The notes: a model not told the origin generated them from the sequence alone. Counted from the first letter of the stretch, positions 47,343 through 57,087 are shown. The stretch: DNA of 64,000 nt from Bacteroidales bacterium (GCA_007118135.1 SKSE01000154.1:5465-69464); one strand, 5' to 3'. Made by a program: numbers and translations.

Positions 47343-47519
47343 ATGGAAAAGAAAAAGAAACCAGGTAAGGCTATCAGTACTTTGCTAATAGGAACCGGAA
47401 TAGGTGCTGCCATCGGAGTTTTACTCGCTCCCAACAAAGGAAGTAAAACACGTGGTGATATTGCCAATAAGGCAAAGGAACTTGCAAAAAGATTCAAAGA
47501 AAAAAAAGCAAAGGGCTGA
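47343..47519 (+). CDS. YtxH-like small membrane protein (58 aa), not in the ORF track
   Basis: Hand translation: MEKKKKPGKAISTLLIGTGIGAAIGVLLAPNKGSKTRGDIANKAKELAKRFKEKKAKG. GxGxGAAxGxLxAPxxGxxTR is the YtxH signature. Confidence 0.7.
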   Translation: MEKKKKPGKAISTLLIGTGIGAAIGVLLAPNKGSKTRGDIANKAKELAKRFKEKKAKG

Positions 47520-47539
47520 TCGGGCACAGATCCTGGAAA

Positions 47540-48217
47540 ATGAAATCTCCTTTTATTAATATCCACATACACAAACCTTGTGGTGAGCATGTTTTATGCA
47601 TCAGAAATTTGTTTCCGGATGATTTTTACGAAAAGAAAGAAAAGCACTTCGGTTACTTTTCAGTTGGTATTCATCCCTGGTATATAAAAGATGCAGAAAC
47701 ACTTGGAAAGCAATTGAACGTGCTTGAAGAATTAGTTAATCATAAAGGCTGTTTGGCCATAGGGGAAGCTGGTCTGGATAAGGTGACAGAAACTGGTTGG
47801 GATTTACAGGAAAAGGCATTCATAGAGCAGATCAGGATATCTGAGAGATCAGGAAAACCTATGATCATTCATTGTGTAAAAGCCTGGGACGAAATCCTTA
47901 AACTGCGAAAGCAGGAAAAACCTACCGTTCCATGGATCATTCACGGATTTAACAGCAGCGAACAAATGGCGCGTCAGCTTCTTGATGCTGGTTGCCGGTT
48001 GTCTTTTGGGAAGATGATAATGAAGCCGGATTCAAAGACAGTTAATGTTTTAATGAATCTGAAGTTCGATGATTTTTTCCTGGAAACGGATGATGATGAA
48101 ATTATGATTGAACAGGTTTACGAGAAAGCTTCTGAAATCCGTAATGAAAGTATAGAAGATTTAAAACTACAGCAATGCAATAACTTTGAACTAATTTTTG
48201 GGATTTCACCCCATTAA
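47540..48217 (+). CDS. TatD-family metal-dependent hydrolase
   Basis: Motifs INIHIH, IGEAGLD, KPMIIHCV, ETD. 225 aa. Confidence 0.7.
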   Translation: MKSPFINIHIHKPCGEHVLCIRNLFPDDFYEKKEKHFGYFSVGIHPWYIKDAETLGKQLNVLEELVNHKGCLAIGEAGLDKVTETGWDLQEKAFIEQIRISERSGKPMIIHCVKAWDEILKLRKQEKPTVPWIIHGFNSSEQMARQLLDAGCRLSFGKMIMKPDSKTVNVLMNLKFDDFFLETDDDEIMIEQVYEKASEIRNESIEDLKLQQCNNFELIFGISPH

Positions 48218-48296
48218 CTGATTAATTCTGTTTTGCATAACCAACCAGAAACAACAAGAATCGCAGAAAAGAAAAATCATAAATCATAAATCAAAA

Positions 48297-49064
48297 ATGA
48301 CCCATGGCAATTGGCAGGAAAGAACCATCTTGCTACTGAATCAGGAAAATACGACGAAACTTAATAGCTCAAATGTTCTGGTAGCCGGGCTGGGTGGAGT
48401 AGGGGGCTATGCTGCCGAAATGCTTTGCCGGGCAGGAATCGGAAGTATGACTATCATTGATGCCGACCAGATTCAGCCATCCAATCGCAACCGCCAGTTG
48501 CTGGCTCTAAGCAGCACCCATGGCAAACGTAAAGCATTGCTTATGCGCGACCGTCTGCTGGATATCAATCCTGATCTGAAGCTTACGGTTATTGATGAAT
48601 TTATTCGTGATGAACGAACCAATGAAATCCTGGAAACTCCTTTTGATTATGTTGCCGATGCAATTGATACCCTTTCACCAAAAATTTTCATGATCCGTCA
48701 GGCCCTGAAAAACAGGCTTCCATTGGTAAGCAGCATGGGGGCGGGTGGAAAAACAGATCCCTTGCAGGTAAAAATTGCTGATTTTGCAGAGACCTACCAG
48801 TGCAACCTGGCGCGTATGCTAAGGAAAAGATTAAAAAACCTGGGGGTGCGAACCGGTTTCAAAACGGTTTTTTCTCCCGAAATGGTTGATGATGAATCCA
48901 TGCTGGCGGTGGAAAACGAACCCAATAAAAAAACAACGGTAGGAACCATAAGCTATATGCCTGCAATATTTGGCTGTGTTATGGCCTCCGTTGTTATTCG
49001 CGATTTGCTGGATATAGAAATAGAGATGGCAAAAAGACCTTGCAGAAGAAATGCCAGGGCCTGA
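48297..49064 (+). CDS. tcdA: tRNA threonylcarbamoyladenosine dehydratase (ThiF/E1-like)
   Basis: Motif VLVAGLGGVGGYAAEMLCRAGIGSMTIIDADQIQPSNRNRQ and matching family length. Confidence 0.8.
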   Translation: MTHGNWQERTILLLNQENTTKLNSSNVLVAGLGGVGGYAAEMLCRAGIGSMTIIDADQIQPSNRNRQLLALSSTHGKRKALLMRDRLLDINPDLKLTVIDEFIRDERTNEILETPFDYVADAIDTLSPKIFMIRQALKNRLPLVSSMGAGGKTDPLQVKIADFAETYQCNLARMLRKRLKNLGVRTGFKTVFSPEMVDDESMLAVENEPNKKTTVGTISYMPAIFGCVMASVVIRDLLDIEIEMAKRPCRRNARA

Positions 49065-49078
49065 TGATAATTACCTAT

Positions 49079-49258
49079 CTATTTCTGCAAATCATAGAAA
49101 CACCTCTTGGGCGAAAATAATACTCCTTCGTCTTTAAGTTTTTTAATTGCTTTTTCAGCATCTTTCTTTTCCAGTCCTGCCAATTCAGCCACCTCACCGG
49201 GGCGCATGGGTTTTCCTGCATCTTTAAAAGCTTTAACAATCATATCTTTTACTTCCAT
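49079..49258 (-). CDS. Small winged-helix-like protein (59 aa), not in the ORF track
   Basis: Hand translation: MEVKDMIVKAFKDAGKPMRPGEVAELAGLEKKDAEKAIKKLKDEGVLFSPKRCFYDLQK. This is an HTH-like pattern (GEVAELAGL...V.KAIKKLK.EG). Function unknown. Confidence 0.55.
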   Translation of the reverse strand: MEVKDMIVKAFKDAGKPMRPGEVAELAGLEKKDAEKAIKKLKDEGVLFSPKRCFYDLQK

Positions 49259-49311
49259 AATTTTGAATTTTAAAGTTTTAATTTAATTTATATTGACGAA
49301 TTTTTTCATTT

Positions 49312-49995
49312 TCAAAAGCGCTCCTGCCCCTGACCAACTATAATCTTTTCACCCAGATGGCGGGGTTGTTTTCCGGAAATGATATCAAGAAATACCTTAA
49401 CCCTGGCAAATATCTCACGTGTGGGTGTACGAATACCTTGTCGTGCATCAGGACTTTTAGCATTATAAGCCGTTGCATGTATTCCATGCAGCCTTGCCAG
49501 AAATACGGCACGCTGGTTATGAAATTTTTGCGATACTACGATAATGGTATCCTGACCGAATACTTCTTTGCTCCTAACCATTGAGTCCAGAGTTCGTAAA
49601 CCGGCATAATCCAGGTACATAGCATTATCAGGAACATCAAATTTTCGAAGCTCACGACGCATTTGCTCCGGTTCGTTATAATAGCGTGAGCGATTATCGC
49701 CACTGAGAATAAGGTATTCAATTTTACCGGTATGGTATAGTTCAGCCGCTGCACTTATGCGGTAATGAAACCATGGATTGGGAGCCCCACCTCTGACATA
49801 CCTGCTGGTGCCCAGCACTACGGCAGTTTTGCCTTCCGGTAAATCATGCAAATCACTATAAAGGTATTTATTAGAAACCCATACAATAACCAGGTTCGAT
49901 GCAATAATGATAAAAACAAAAGCGAATAGAATCCCAAGAAATACTTTAAGGGAAAAGACATGTTTTATTATCGTACGGATTTTTTCCATCTTCAA
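49312..49995 (-). CDS. sanA: SanA/YdcF (DUF218) family protein
   Basis: N-terminal TM. Motifs AVVLGTS....GAPNPWFHYRISAAAELYHTGK...ILSGDN....YNEPE.M and VSQKFHNQRA. Confidence 0.8.
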   Translation of the reverse strand: MKMEKIRTIIKHVFSLKVFLGILFAFVFIIIASNLVIVWVSNKYLYSDLHDLPEGKTAVVLGTSRYVRGGAPNPWFHYRISAAAELYHTGKIEYLILSGDNRSRYYNEPEQMRRELRKFDVPDNAMYLDYAGLRTLDSMVRSKEVFGQDTIIVVSQKFHNQRAVFLARLHGIHATAYNAKSPDARQGIRTPTREIFARVKVFLDIISGKQPRHLGEKIIVGQGQERF

Positions 49996-50318
49996 GGCAA
50001 AAATAAGAAATACCGCTAATTTTAAAACAGGATTTAGTACGATTTTATTACCGAATGACCAAATATTTATGTGGTTTTTTGGGGATATAATGATATAATC
50101 AGGTCTGATTCAGACTTAAACATTAGTTGTTAATATCACTTTAATTAATATTTAAACTCAATTTAAATTAGACTTTGAAGTTTATTAACCAGATTTTTTC
50201 ATGTACATTTAAAAATCTGATAATTGACAATATAATTTTGACTTTTAATTAAATAATAGATTGTAAGCTTTTTGTCAAAAATGTTTACAATTAATTTCAA
50301 ATATTAAATAAATAATTA

Positions 50319-50326
50319 TAGATTTG
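50319..50326 (+). promoter_or_regulatory. -7 box TAGATTTG upstream of the oxidoreductase operon
   Basis: TAnnTTTG match 57 nt upstream of the first ATG, in a 387-bp AT-rich gap. Confidence 0.45.
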
Positions 50327-50382
50327 CCCTAATAATGAATCTTTAGTTTAAAATCTATCATCACCAAAAATAAAATTATATA

Positions 50383-50598
50383 ATGGCAAAACGAGGAGAT
50401 GTTGTCATCGACATAGAAAAATGCAAAGGTTGCGAGGTTTGCATCTCGGCCTGTCCGCAGGAAGTGCTTGCGCTCGCTCCCCAGGTAAACAACAAGGGAT
50501 ATCATTATGCCATAAAGGTAAATTCTGATTGTACAGGATGCGCCAATTGTGCAATTGTATGCCCCGATGCTGTAATTACTGTTTACAGGGAGAAATAA
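50383..50598 (+). CDS. 2-oxoacid:ferredoxin oxidoreductase delta subunit (2x[4Fe-4S] ferredoxin)
   Basis: Motifs CKGCEVCISACP and CTGCANCAIVCP. Confidence 0.85.
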   Translation: MAKRGDVVIDIEKCKGCEVCISACPQEVLALAPQVNNKGYHYAIKVNSDCTGCANCAIVCPDAVITVYREK

Positions 50599-50644
50599 AA
50601 ACCTTTAGAAAAAAGATTTTCAGTTATAAAAATAACGCATAACA

Positions 50645-51712
50645 ATGAAAGAATTAAGATTAATGAAAGGCAATGAAGCATTGGCTGAAGCTGCAATCAG
50701 AGTAGGTGCCGATGCTTATTTTGGCTATCCCATTACTCCTCAGTCAGAAGTGATTGAGTATCTAATGGCCAACAGGCCCGAAGATCGGACAGGTATGGTG
50801 GTATTGCAGGCTGAAAGCGAAATAGCAGCCATAAATATGGTTTATGGTGCAGCAGGATGCGGCAAAAAAGCCATTACTACATCTTCTAGCCCCGGAATCA
50901 GTTTAAAGCAGGAGGGGCTTTCCTATATTGCAGGCGCCGAACTGCCATGTGTGGTTGCCAATGTGGTTCGCGGCGGCCCGGGTCTCGGTACCATCCAACC
51001 TTCACAATCTGATTATTTCCAATCGGTAAAAGGTGGCGGGCATGGTGACTATAAGCTTATAGTCCTTGCTCCCAACAGCGTTCAGGAAATAGTTGATTAT
51101 ACAAAGCTTGCTTTTGAACTTGCTTTCAAATATCGTAACCCTGTTATGATTCAGTCTGATGGTATCATTGGACAGATGATGGAAAAAGTTGAACTTTTTG
51201 AACAAATGCCACGTGTTGAGCCCGATTACGAGTGGGCAACTATTGGACGGAAAGAGGGTAAACCCGCAACTTTTGTAACTTCACTCCAACTGAAGGCAGA
51301 GGAACAGGAAAAGGTAAACCTTAGACTTCAGGCAAAATACCGTGAAATTGAAAAGAATGAGGTACTTTACGAGGAGTATGATTGCAAAGATGCTGAATAC
51401 CTGCTTGCCGCATTCGGTTCCTGCGCACGTATTACACGTAAAGCAATGGAGCTGGCAAGAAAAAAGGGTTATAAAGTAGGATTGCTTCGTCCGCAAACTC
51501 TTTATCCATTTCCTGTTGATGCTTTCAATAAAATTGCTTACCAGGTTAAAGGTATTTTAACTGTAGAGATGAACGCCGGACAAATGGTTGAAGATGTAAG
51601 ACTTGCTGTAAATGGCAAAACCAAGGTTGAACATTTTGGTCGCTTTGGTGGCATGATTCCCAACCCTGATGAAATTCTTAATGCATTAGAACAAAAAATT
51701 ATTGGAGGATAA
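50645..51712 (+). CDS. 2-oxoacid (2-oxoglutarate-type):ferredoxin oxidoreductase alpha subunit
   Basis: N-terminus MKGNEALAEAAIRVGADAYFGYPITPQSE. 355 aa, in the operon order delta-alpha-beta-gamma. Confidence 0.85.
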   Translation: MKELRLMKGNEALAEAAIRVGADAYFGYPITPQSEVIEYLMANRPEDRTGMVVLQAESEIAAINMVYGAAGCGKKAITTSSSPGISLKQEGLSYIAGAELPCVVANVVRGGPGLGTIQPSQSDYFQSVKGGGHGDYKLIVLAPNSVQEIVDYTKLAFELAFKYRNPVMIQSDGIIGQMMEKVELFEQMPRVEPDYEWATIGRKEGKPATFVTSLQLKAEEQEKVNLRLQAKYREIEKNEVLYEEYDCKDAEYLLAAFGSCARITRKAMELARKKGYKVGLLRPQTLYPFPVDAFNKIAYQVKGILTVEMNAGQMVEDVRLAVNGKTKVEHFGRFGGMIPNPDEILNALEQKIIGG

Positions 51713-51714
51713 CC

Positions 51715-52482
51715 ATGGCAGAAAATTTAATAAACCCCGAAAATCTTGTTTACAAGAAAACTGACGTACTTACCGATCGTATCATGCATTACTGTCCCGG
51801 ATGTGGGCACGGTACAGCACACCGTATTTTGGCTGAAGTAATTGATGAAATGGGCATACAAAATGAAACCATTGGTGTAGCTCCTGTTGGATGTTCTGTA
51901 CTTGCCTATTATTATTTTAATGTTGATATGCAAGAAGCTGCACACGGTCGTGCTCCTGCAGTTGCAACAGGTATAAAAAGAGTATTTCCGGAGAAGTTTG
52001 TTTTTACCTACCAGGGTGATGGCGATCTCGCTGCTATAGGAACTGCCGAAACAATACATGCCTGCAACAGAGGTGAAAACATTCTTGTTGTATTTGTAAA
52101 TAATGGCATTTATGGCATGACGGGTGGTCAAATGGCACCTACAACACTTGTAGGAATGAAAAGCTCTACTTCTCCTTTTGGACGCGACACTAAAACCATG
52201 GGTGCACCCCTGAAAATAACAGAATTGATTGCCCAGTTACCAGGTACCTATTTCGTTACACGCCAGTCGGTGCATAAACCCGGTAATGTTAGAAAAGCTA
52301 AAAAGGCAATCAGAAAAGCTATGGAATATCAGAAGCTAAACAAAGGTACATGCTTTGTGGAAATCGTTGCAAACTGCCCGTCTAACTGGAAAATGACGCC
52401 AGTTCAGTCCAATAAGTGGATGGAAGAAAACATGTTCCCATTTTATCCTCTTGGAGATATTAAAGTACCCGAAGAAAAATAA
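51715..52482 (+). CDS. 2-oxoacid:ferredoxin oxidoreductase beta (TPP-binding) subunit
   Basis: Motifs YCPGCGHG and GDGDLAAIG. Confidence 0.85.
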   Translation: MAENLINPENLVYKKTDVLTDRIMHYCPGCGHGTAHRILAEVIDEMGIQNETIGVAPVGCSVLAYYYFNVDMQEAAHGRAPAVATGIKRVFPEKFVFTYQGDGDLAAIGTAETIHACNRGENILVVFVNNGIYGMTGGQMAPTTLVGMKSSTSPFGRDTKTMGAPLKITELIAQLPGTYFVTRQSVHKPGNVRKAKKAIRKAMEYQKLNKGTCFVEIVANCPSNWKMTPVQSNKWMEENMFPFYPLGDIKVPEEK

Positions 52483-52497
52483 AAAAAAACAGAAATC

Positions 52498-53052
52498 ATG
52501 ACCGAAGAAATTATTATCGCCGGATTTGGTGGGCAGGGAGTTTTGTCAATGGGACAAATTCTCTGCTACAGTGGTGTTATGCAGAATAAGGAAGTAAGTT
52601 GGATGCCTTCATATGGACCCGAAATGAGGGGTGGAACTGCCAACTGTACTGCCATTATAAGTGACGAAGCAATCAGTTCACCGGTATTAAATACATACGA
52701 TACAGCTATTGTATTAAATCAGCCCTCCATGGATAAATTTGAAGATGCTGTAAAACCCGGTGGACTTCTTATTTATGAACGCAATGGTATGACTCGTAAG
52801 CCACGGCGCACCGATATTAATATTTATGCCATAGATGCTTACGAAGCTTCTGTTAAAATGAATAATACCAAGGTCTTTAACATGATCGTTATTGGGGGGT
52901 TTCTTAAAATAAGACCTATTATTGAAATGGATAACGTTGTAAAGGGACTTCAGAAAGTATTACCCGAACGTTATCACCATCTTATACCTCTTAATGAAGA
53001 GGCCATCAGAAAAGGCATGGAAATCATTACTGTTGAGCATAAGCTGAACTAG
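52498..53052 (+). CDS. 2-oxoacid:ferredoxin oxidoreductase gamma subunit
   Basis: Motif IIIAGFGGQGVLSMGQIL....PSYGPEMRGG. Confidence 0.85.
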   Translation: MTEEIIIAGFGGQGVLSMGQILCYSGVMQNKEVSWMPSYGPEMRGGTANCTAIISDEAISSPVLNTYDTAIVLNQPSMDKFEDAVKPGGLLIYERNGMTRKPRRTDINIYAIDAYEASVKMNNTKVFNMIVIGGFLKIRPIIEMDNVVKGLQKVLPERYHHLIPLNEEAIRKGMEIITVEHKLN

Positions 53053-53078
53053 TGTATCCAATATGTATACATATATTA

Positions 53079-53110
53079 CAGGCTTTCTGTTTAAGCGGAA
53101 AGCCTGTTTT
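53079..53110 (+). terminator. Terminator after the oxidoreductase operon
   Basis: CAGGCTTTC / GGAAAGCCTG stem followed by TTTT. Confidence 0.7.
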
Positions 53111-53164
53111 GTAAAATACTGCTATAAGGTTTAAATTCAGATTTCATTAACTCCACTTCGCAAA

Positions 53165-53590
53165 TTGAAGCATATACTTCCAATAAAGATTCTGCCATTC
53201 AATAACCAAGGCTATCATATAATGGTAACCGGTGAGCTAAATAAATATCAATTCCATATGCTTATTGATACCGGCGCTACACTTACAGTAATGGATCTTA
53301 AGCGGGTTAATACCATTTTTAAGAACCCTGAAAAGAAAATTTATGATAAGTTCTTTATGGGTATCGGAACTACAAAAATTGACACCTATTCAATGGGCAT
53401 TGATTTGCTCCAACTAGGTAGTTGCAGACTCGAAAAATTTGAGGTAATTCTCATTGATATGGAAAACATCAACAAGGCCTATGCGGCTTTCGATCTTCCA
53501 AGGGTTGATGGAATTATTGGAGGAGATATTCTTCAGAAATATAAAGCTATAATTAACTACGAGAAATCAATAATGGAACTCAACCTTTAA
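53165..53590 (+). CDS. Stand-alone retropepsin-like aspartic protease (141 aa), apparent TTG start
   Basis: Catalytic motif LIDTGATLTVMD and distal GIIGGDIL. There is no upstream in-frame ATG (stop at 53132-53134). Confidence 0.65.
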   Translation: MKHILPIKILPFNNQGYHIMVTGELNKYQFHMLIDTGATLTVMDLKRVNTIFKNPEKKIYDKFFMGIGTTKIDTYSMGIDLLQLGSCRLEKFEVILIDMENINKAYAAFDLPRVDGIIGGDILQKYKAIINYEKSIMELNL

Positions 53591-53674
53591 CATTGAGAAA
53601 AATTTTAAAAAGTTGAAAATCTCTCCGGAAAGTAAAAAGAAAATGTAATATTTTCCATTGAAAAAAAATTAGCC

Positions 53675-53682
53675 TAAATTTG
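53675..53682 (+). promoter_or_regulatory. Distal -7 box TAAATTTG upstream of secDF
   Basis: TAnnTTTG match, immediately preceded by AATTAGCCT. Confidence 0.35.
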
Positions 53683-53807
53683 CGGTCGATTTTGTGAAAC
53701 GTTTATTAATCAATCACTTCAAGCTTACATACCGCTGAAAAAAATTACTAGCCGGAAAAAGTTTAGAATATTTGGTTTTATCCGTTGTAAATTAGCCTGT
53801 GAATTTC

Positions 53808-53815
53808 TATCTTTG
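53808..53815 (+). promoter_or_regulatory. Proximal -7 box TATCTTTG upstream of secDF
   Basis: TAnnTTTG match about 100 nt upstream of the ATG. A second AATTAGCCT lies at about 53790-53798. Confidence 0.45.
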
Positions 53816-53916
53816 CAGCCCTTTTTGTAAAGATTATATACGATAAATTTTGTTTAAAAACCAAAATAATTAAGAAGCAAAATCGGAAGCAACATTAAAT
53901 TTAAAAAATAGATAAC

Positions 53917-56900
53917 ATGCAGAACAAAGGTTTAATTAGGTTTTTTGCCATTGCATTTGCTTTGGTATGTCTGTATCAGCTGTCGTTTACGTACTTTTCT
54001 AATAAAGTTGAACGTAACGCTAAAGCATATGCCAGCAGCGAAAGGATTCAGGCTATTGCCAGAGACCTGTCAGGAGGCGATGAACTTGTTGAGTTGGTAT
54101 TAATGGATTCTTTAAGAAACAGATATGAGCGTTTCTTTTTAGATTCCATGATGAACGAGGTAGTCTTTAATTTGGGTATCAGAAGATATACTTATCAGGA
54201 TGTTAAAGAAAGGGAAATCAACCTGGGGCTTGACCTCAGAGGGGGTATGAACGTAACACTGGAAATTTCTGTACCTGAGATTATCCGAGCTTTATCAGGA
54301 AACAGCCAGGATCCAACTTTCCAATTGGCTATGGAAAATGCCATTCAGGCCCAACGCGGTAGCCGTGATGACTTTGTGGTTTTATTCGGCAGAGCTTTCC
54401 GTGAAGCTGATCCCAATGCAAGTCTTGCAGCCATTTTTGCTACACCCGAAATGCGCGACAGAATCAGTTTTAACTCTACCAATGAAGAAGTTCTCAGGGT
54501 TCTTACCAGAGAAGTAAATGATGCCATTGACCGTTCATTCCAGATTTTGCGTACACGTATCGACCGTTTTGGTGTTGCACAACCCAATATTCAAAAATTG
54601 CAGACATCAGGACGTATACTCGTGGAACTTCCCGGTATAAAGGAAGAAGACAGGGTAAGAAGATTACTCCAGGGAACAGCACGACTTGAATTTTGGGAAA
54701 CTTATGATTTTTCTGAGCTATATCCCTTCTTTGCCGAAGCTAATGAAAGACTGCGTCAAACACCTTCTGGCCCGGCTGAAGTTGTTACAGAAGATATTGT
54801 TATTCCAATCGAAGAACCTGAAATACAAGAATCTGATGATTTAGATGAATTAGCTTCTGCTGATCCAGCTGAAGATGAAGATTTACTTGACCTTCTGGCA
54901 ACCGATATTGATGAAGAACTGTTTATTGATGAAGATATGGCCCGCCAGAACCCATTATTTGCTGTACTAAACATGAACATTGTTATGGATCCGCAGACCG
55001 GACAACCATTTCTGGGAGGTGGTCCCATGGTAGGTAGTGCTGCCATTGCCGATACAGCAAGGGTCAATAACATGCTTCGTCAGCCCAATATCAGAGGCTT
55101 GTTTCCAAGAGAAATGCGCCTGCTTTGGACTGTTAAGCCTCAGGGCAGAACCGATAATGTACTCCAGCTTATTGCCATAAAAGTACCAACACGCGGTGAA
55201 CCACCTTTGACAGGCGATGTTATTGTAGATGCGAGACAGGACTTCAACCCTGCATCTGGTGCTGCTGAAATTTCCATGACCATGAACAGTGAGGGTGCCC
55301 GCGAATGGAGAAGACTTACTGCTGCCAACATAGGTAAATCTATTGCTATTGTACTCGATGATTATGTATATTCTTTTCCAACTGTTCAGGCTGAGATATC
55401 AGGTGGTCGCTCATCCATCACCGGTAATTTCACAGTAGCAGAAGCACAGGACCTTGCCAATATTCTGCGTGCAGGTTCACTTCCTGCTCCGGCTCGTATT
55501 GTTGAAGAAGCTATTGTTGGTCCATCGCTGGGTAGGGAAGCCATTTCAAGTGGTCTTACTTCCTTTGTAATAGCATTTATTATTGTACTGATATACATGG
55601 CCGTATATTATAACCGGGCAGGTTTTGTTTCGGACCTTGCTCTTGTTACCAACATCTTTTTCATTTTCGGGGTTCTTGCATCTCTGGGCGCAGTTCTCAC
55701 TTTGCCGGGTATAGCAGGTATAGTTCTTACACTAGGTATGGCAGTTGACGCCAATGTAATTATATACGAAAGAATCCTTGAAGAATTAAGAGCCGGCAAG
55801 GGGCAGAAACTGGCTATCTCTGATGGTTATAAAAATGCCTATTCTGCAATTATTGACGGTAATGTTACTACCTTACTTACAGGTGTGGTGCTTTACATCT
55901 TTGGTTCAGGTCCGGTACAGGGGTTTGCAACCACTTTGATTATTGGTATTATTTCTTCATTGTTTACTGCAATCTTCCTGTCAAGATTGATATTCTCCTA
56001 TTGGATTGATAAGAACATTGCCATTAACTTCGACTCAAAAATATCTAAAGATGTTTTAACCAAAGTAAATTTTGACTTTATCGGAGTTCGTAAGAAGTTT
56101 TACATCATTTCTTCAATTGTTATTATAGTTGGTATAGGTTCTCTTTTTGTCAGAGGATTGAGTTATGGTGTTGATTTCTCTGGTGGTCGCTCTTATGTGG
56201 TAAGGTTTGATCAGGATATTAATACTGTTGAAATGCGTTCAGTACTCACTGACTTGTTTGATGAAGCACCTGAAGTAAAAACATTTGGTCCCAGCAATCA
56301 GGTTAAAATTACGACTACATTCCTTATTGATGATGAATCTACAACAGCTGATTCATTGGCAGAAAGGAGATTGTTTGAAGGTATCCAGGAATTTTTTGCG
56401 ACACCCATTACATTCAGCGAATTTGTATCTGACGATGATGATAAAATTATCGGCAGGATGAGTTCGCAAAAAGTAGGACCAACTGTTGCGGCTGACATTA
56501 AACGGGGAGCAGTTATCAGTGTAACTATAGCTCTTATAATTATCTTTATGTATATAGCCGCCAGGTTTAAGAAATGGCAGTTTGGTGTGGGAGGTCTTAC
56601 AACATTGGCTCACGACTCAATGATTGTTATTTCACTTTATTCGTTGCTATACAATATAGTGCCGTGGACTATGGAAATTGACCAAACGTTTATTGCGGCA
56701 ATTCTAACCATTATAGGTTATTCGGTAAACGACACGGTAATTATTTTCGACCGTATTCGTGAAAACACCATGCTTTATCCTAAACGCGATTTGAAAACCA
56801 ATATCAATAACGCCCTAAATGCAACGCTTTCACGTACATTTAATACTTCAGGTACTACCATAGCAGTATTATTTATCATCTTCCTGTTTGGTGGTGAAGT

Positions 56901-57027
56901 GATTCGTGGGTTTGCTTTTGCACTTATGATGGGTGTTGCAATTGGAACCTATTCTTCGTTGTTTAATGCTACTCCTATTGCGTATGATTTGATTACAAGT
57001 CAGCAAAAGAAGAAAATAAAAAAATAA
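53917..57027 (+). CDS. secDF: Fused protein-export membrane protein SecDF, 1036 aa
   Basis: SecD block GLDLRGGMNVTLE and SecD/SecF TM bundles (LTLPGIAGIVLTLGMAVDANVIIYERI; IGYSVNDTVIIFDRIRE). Acidic insertion at about aa 290-340. Confidence 0.9.
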   Translation: MQNKGLIRFFAIAFALVCLYQLSFTYFSNKVERNAKAYASSERIQAIARDLSGGDELVELVLMDSLRNRYERFFLDSMMNEVVFNLGIRRYTYQDVKEREINLGLDLRGGMNVTLEISVPEIIRALSGNSQDPTFQLAMENAIQAQRGSRDDFVVLFGRAFREADPNASLAAIFATPEMRDRISFNSTNEEVLRVLTREVNDAIDRSFQILRTRIDRFGVAQPNIQKLQTSGRILVELPGIKEEDRVRRLLQGTARLEFWETYDFSELYPFFAEANERLRQTPSGPAEVVTEDIVIPIEEPEIQESDDLDELASADPAEDEDLLDLLATDIDEELFIDEDMARQNPLFAVLNMNIVMDPQTGQPFLGGGPMVGSAAIADTARVNNMLRQPNIRGLFPREMRLLWTVKPQGRTDNVLQLIAIKVPTRGEPPLTGDVIVDARQDFNPASGAAEISMTMNSEGAREWRRLTAANIGKSIAIVLDDYVYSFPTVQAEISGGRSSITGNFTVAEAQDLANILRAGSLPAPARIVEEAIVGPSLGREAISSGLTSFVIAFIIVLIYMAVYYNRAGFVSDLALVTNIFFIFGVLASLGAVLTLPGIAGIVLTLGMAVDANVIIYERILEELRAGKGQKLAISDGYKNAYSAIIDGNVTTLLTGVVLYIFGSGPVQGFATTLIIGIISSLFTAIFLSRLIFSYWIDKNIAINFDSKISKDVLTKVNFDFIGVRKKFYIISSIVIIVGIGSLFVRGLSYGVDFSGGRSYVVRFDQDINTVEMRSVLTDLFDEAPEVKTFGPSNQVKITTTFLIDDESTTADSLAERRLFEGIQEFFATPITFSEFVSDDDDKIIGRMSSQKVGPTVAADIKRGAVISVTIALIIIFMYIAARFKKWQFGVGGLTTLAHDSMIVISLYSLLYNIVPWTMEIDQTFIAAILTIIGYSVNDTVIIFDRIRENTMLYPKRDLKTNINNALNATLSRTFNTSGTTIAVLFIIFLFGGEVIRGFAFALMMGVAIGTYSSLFNATPIAYDLITSQQKKKIKK

Positions 57028-57052
57028 AACCCATGGTTATATAAATTTTATG

Positions 57053-57087
57053 GATAGCCGTCACCAAACAGGGGCGGCTATCTTTTT
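57053..57087 (+). terminator. Terminator after secDF
   Basis: GATAGCCG / CGGCTATC stem followed by TTTTT. Confidence 0.7.

Noticed and set aside
47336-47590. The 84-aa minus-strand ORF from the track.
   Set aside because: The plus strand encodes a YtxH-signature peptide over the same bases, and the minus ORF also runs into the TatD-like gene start.
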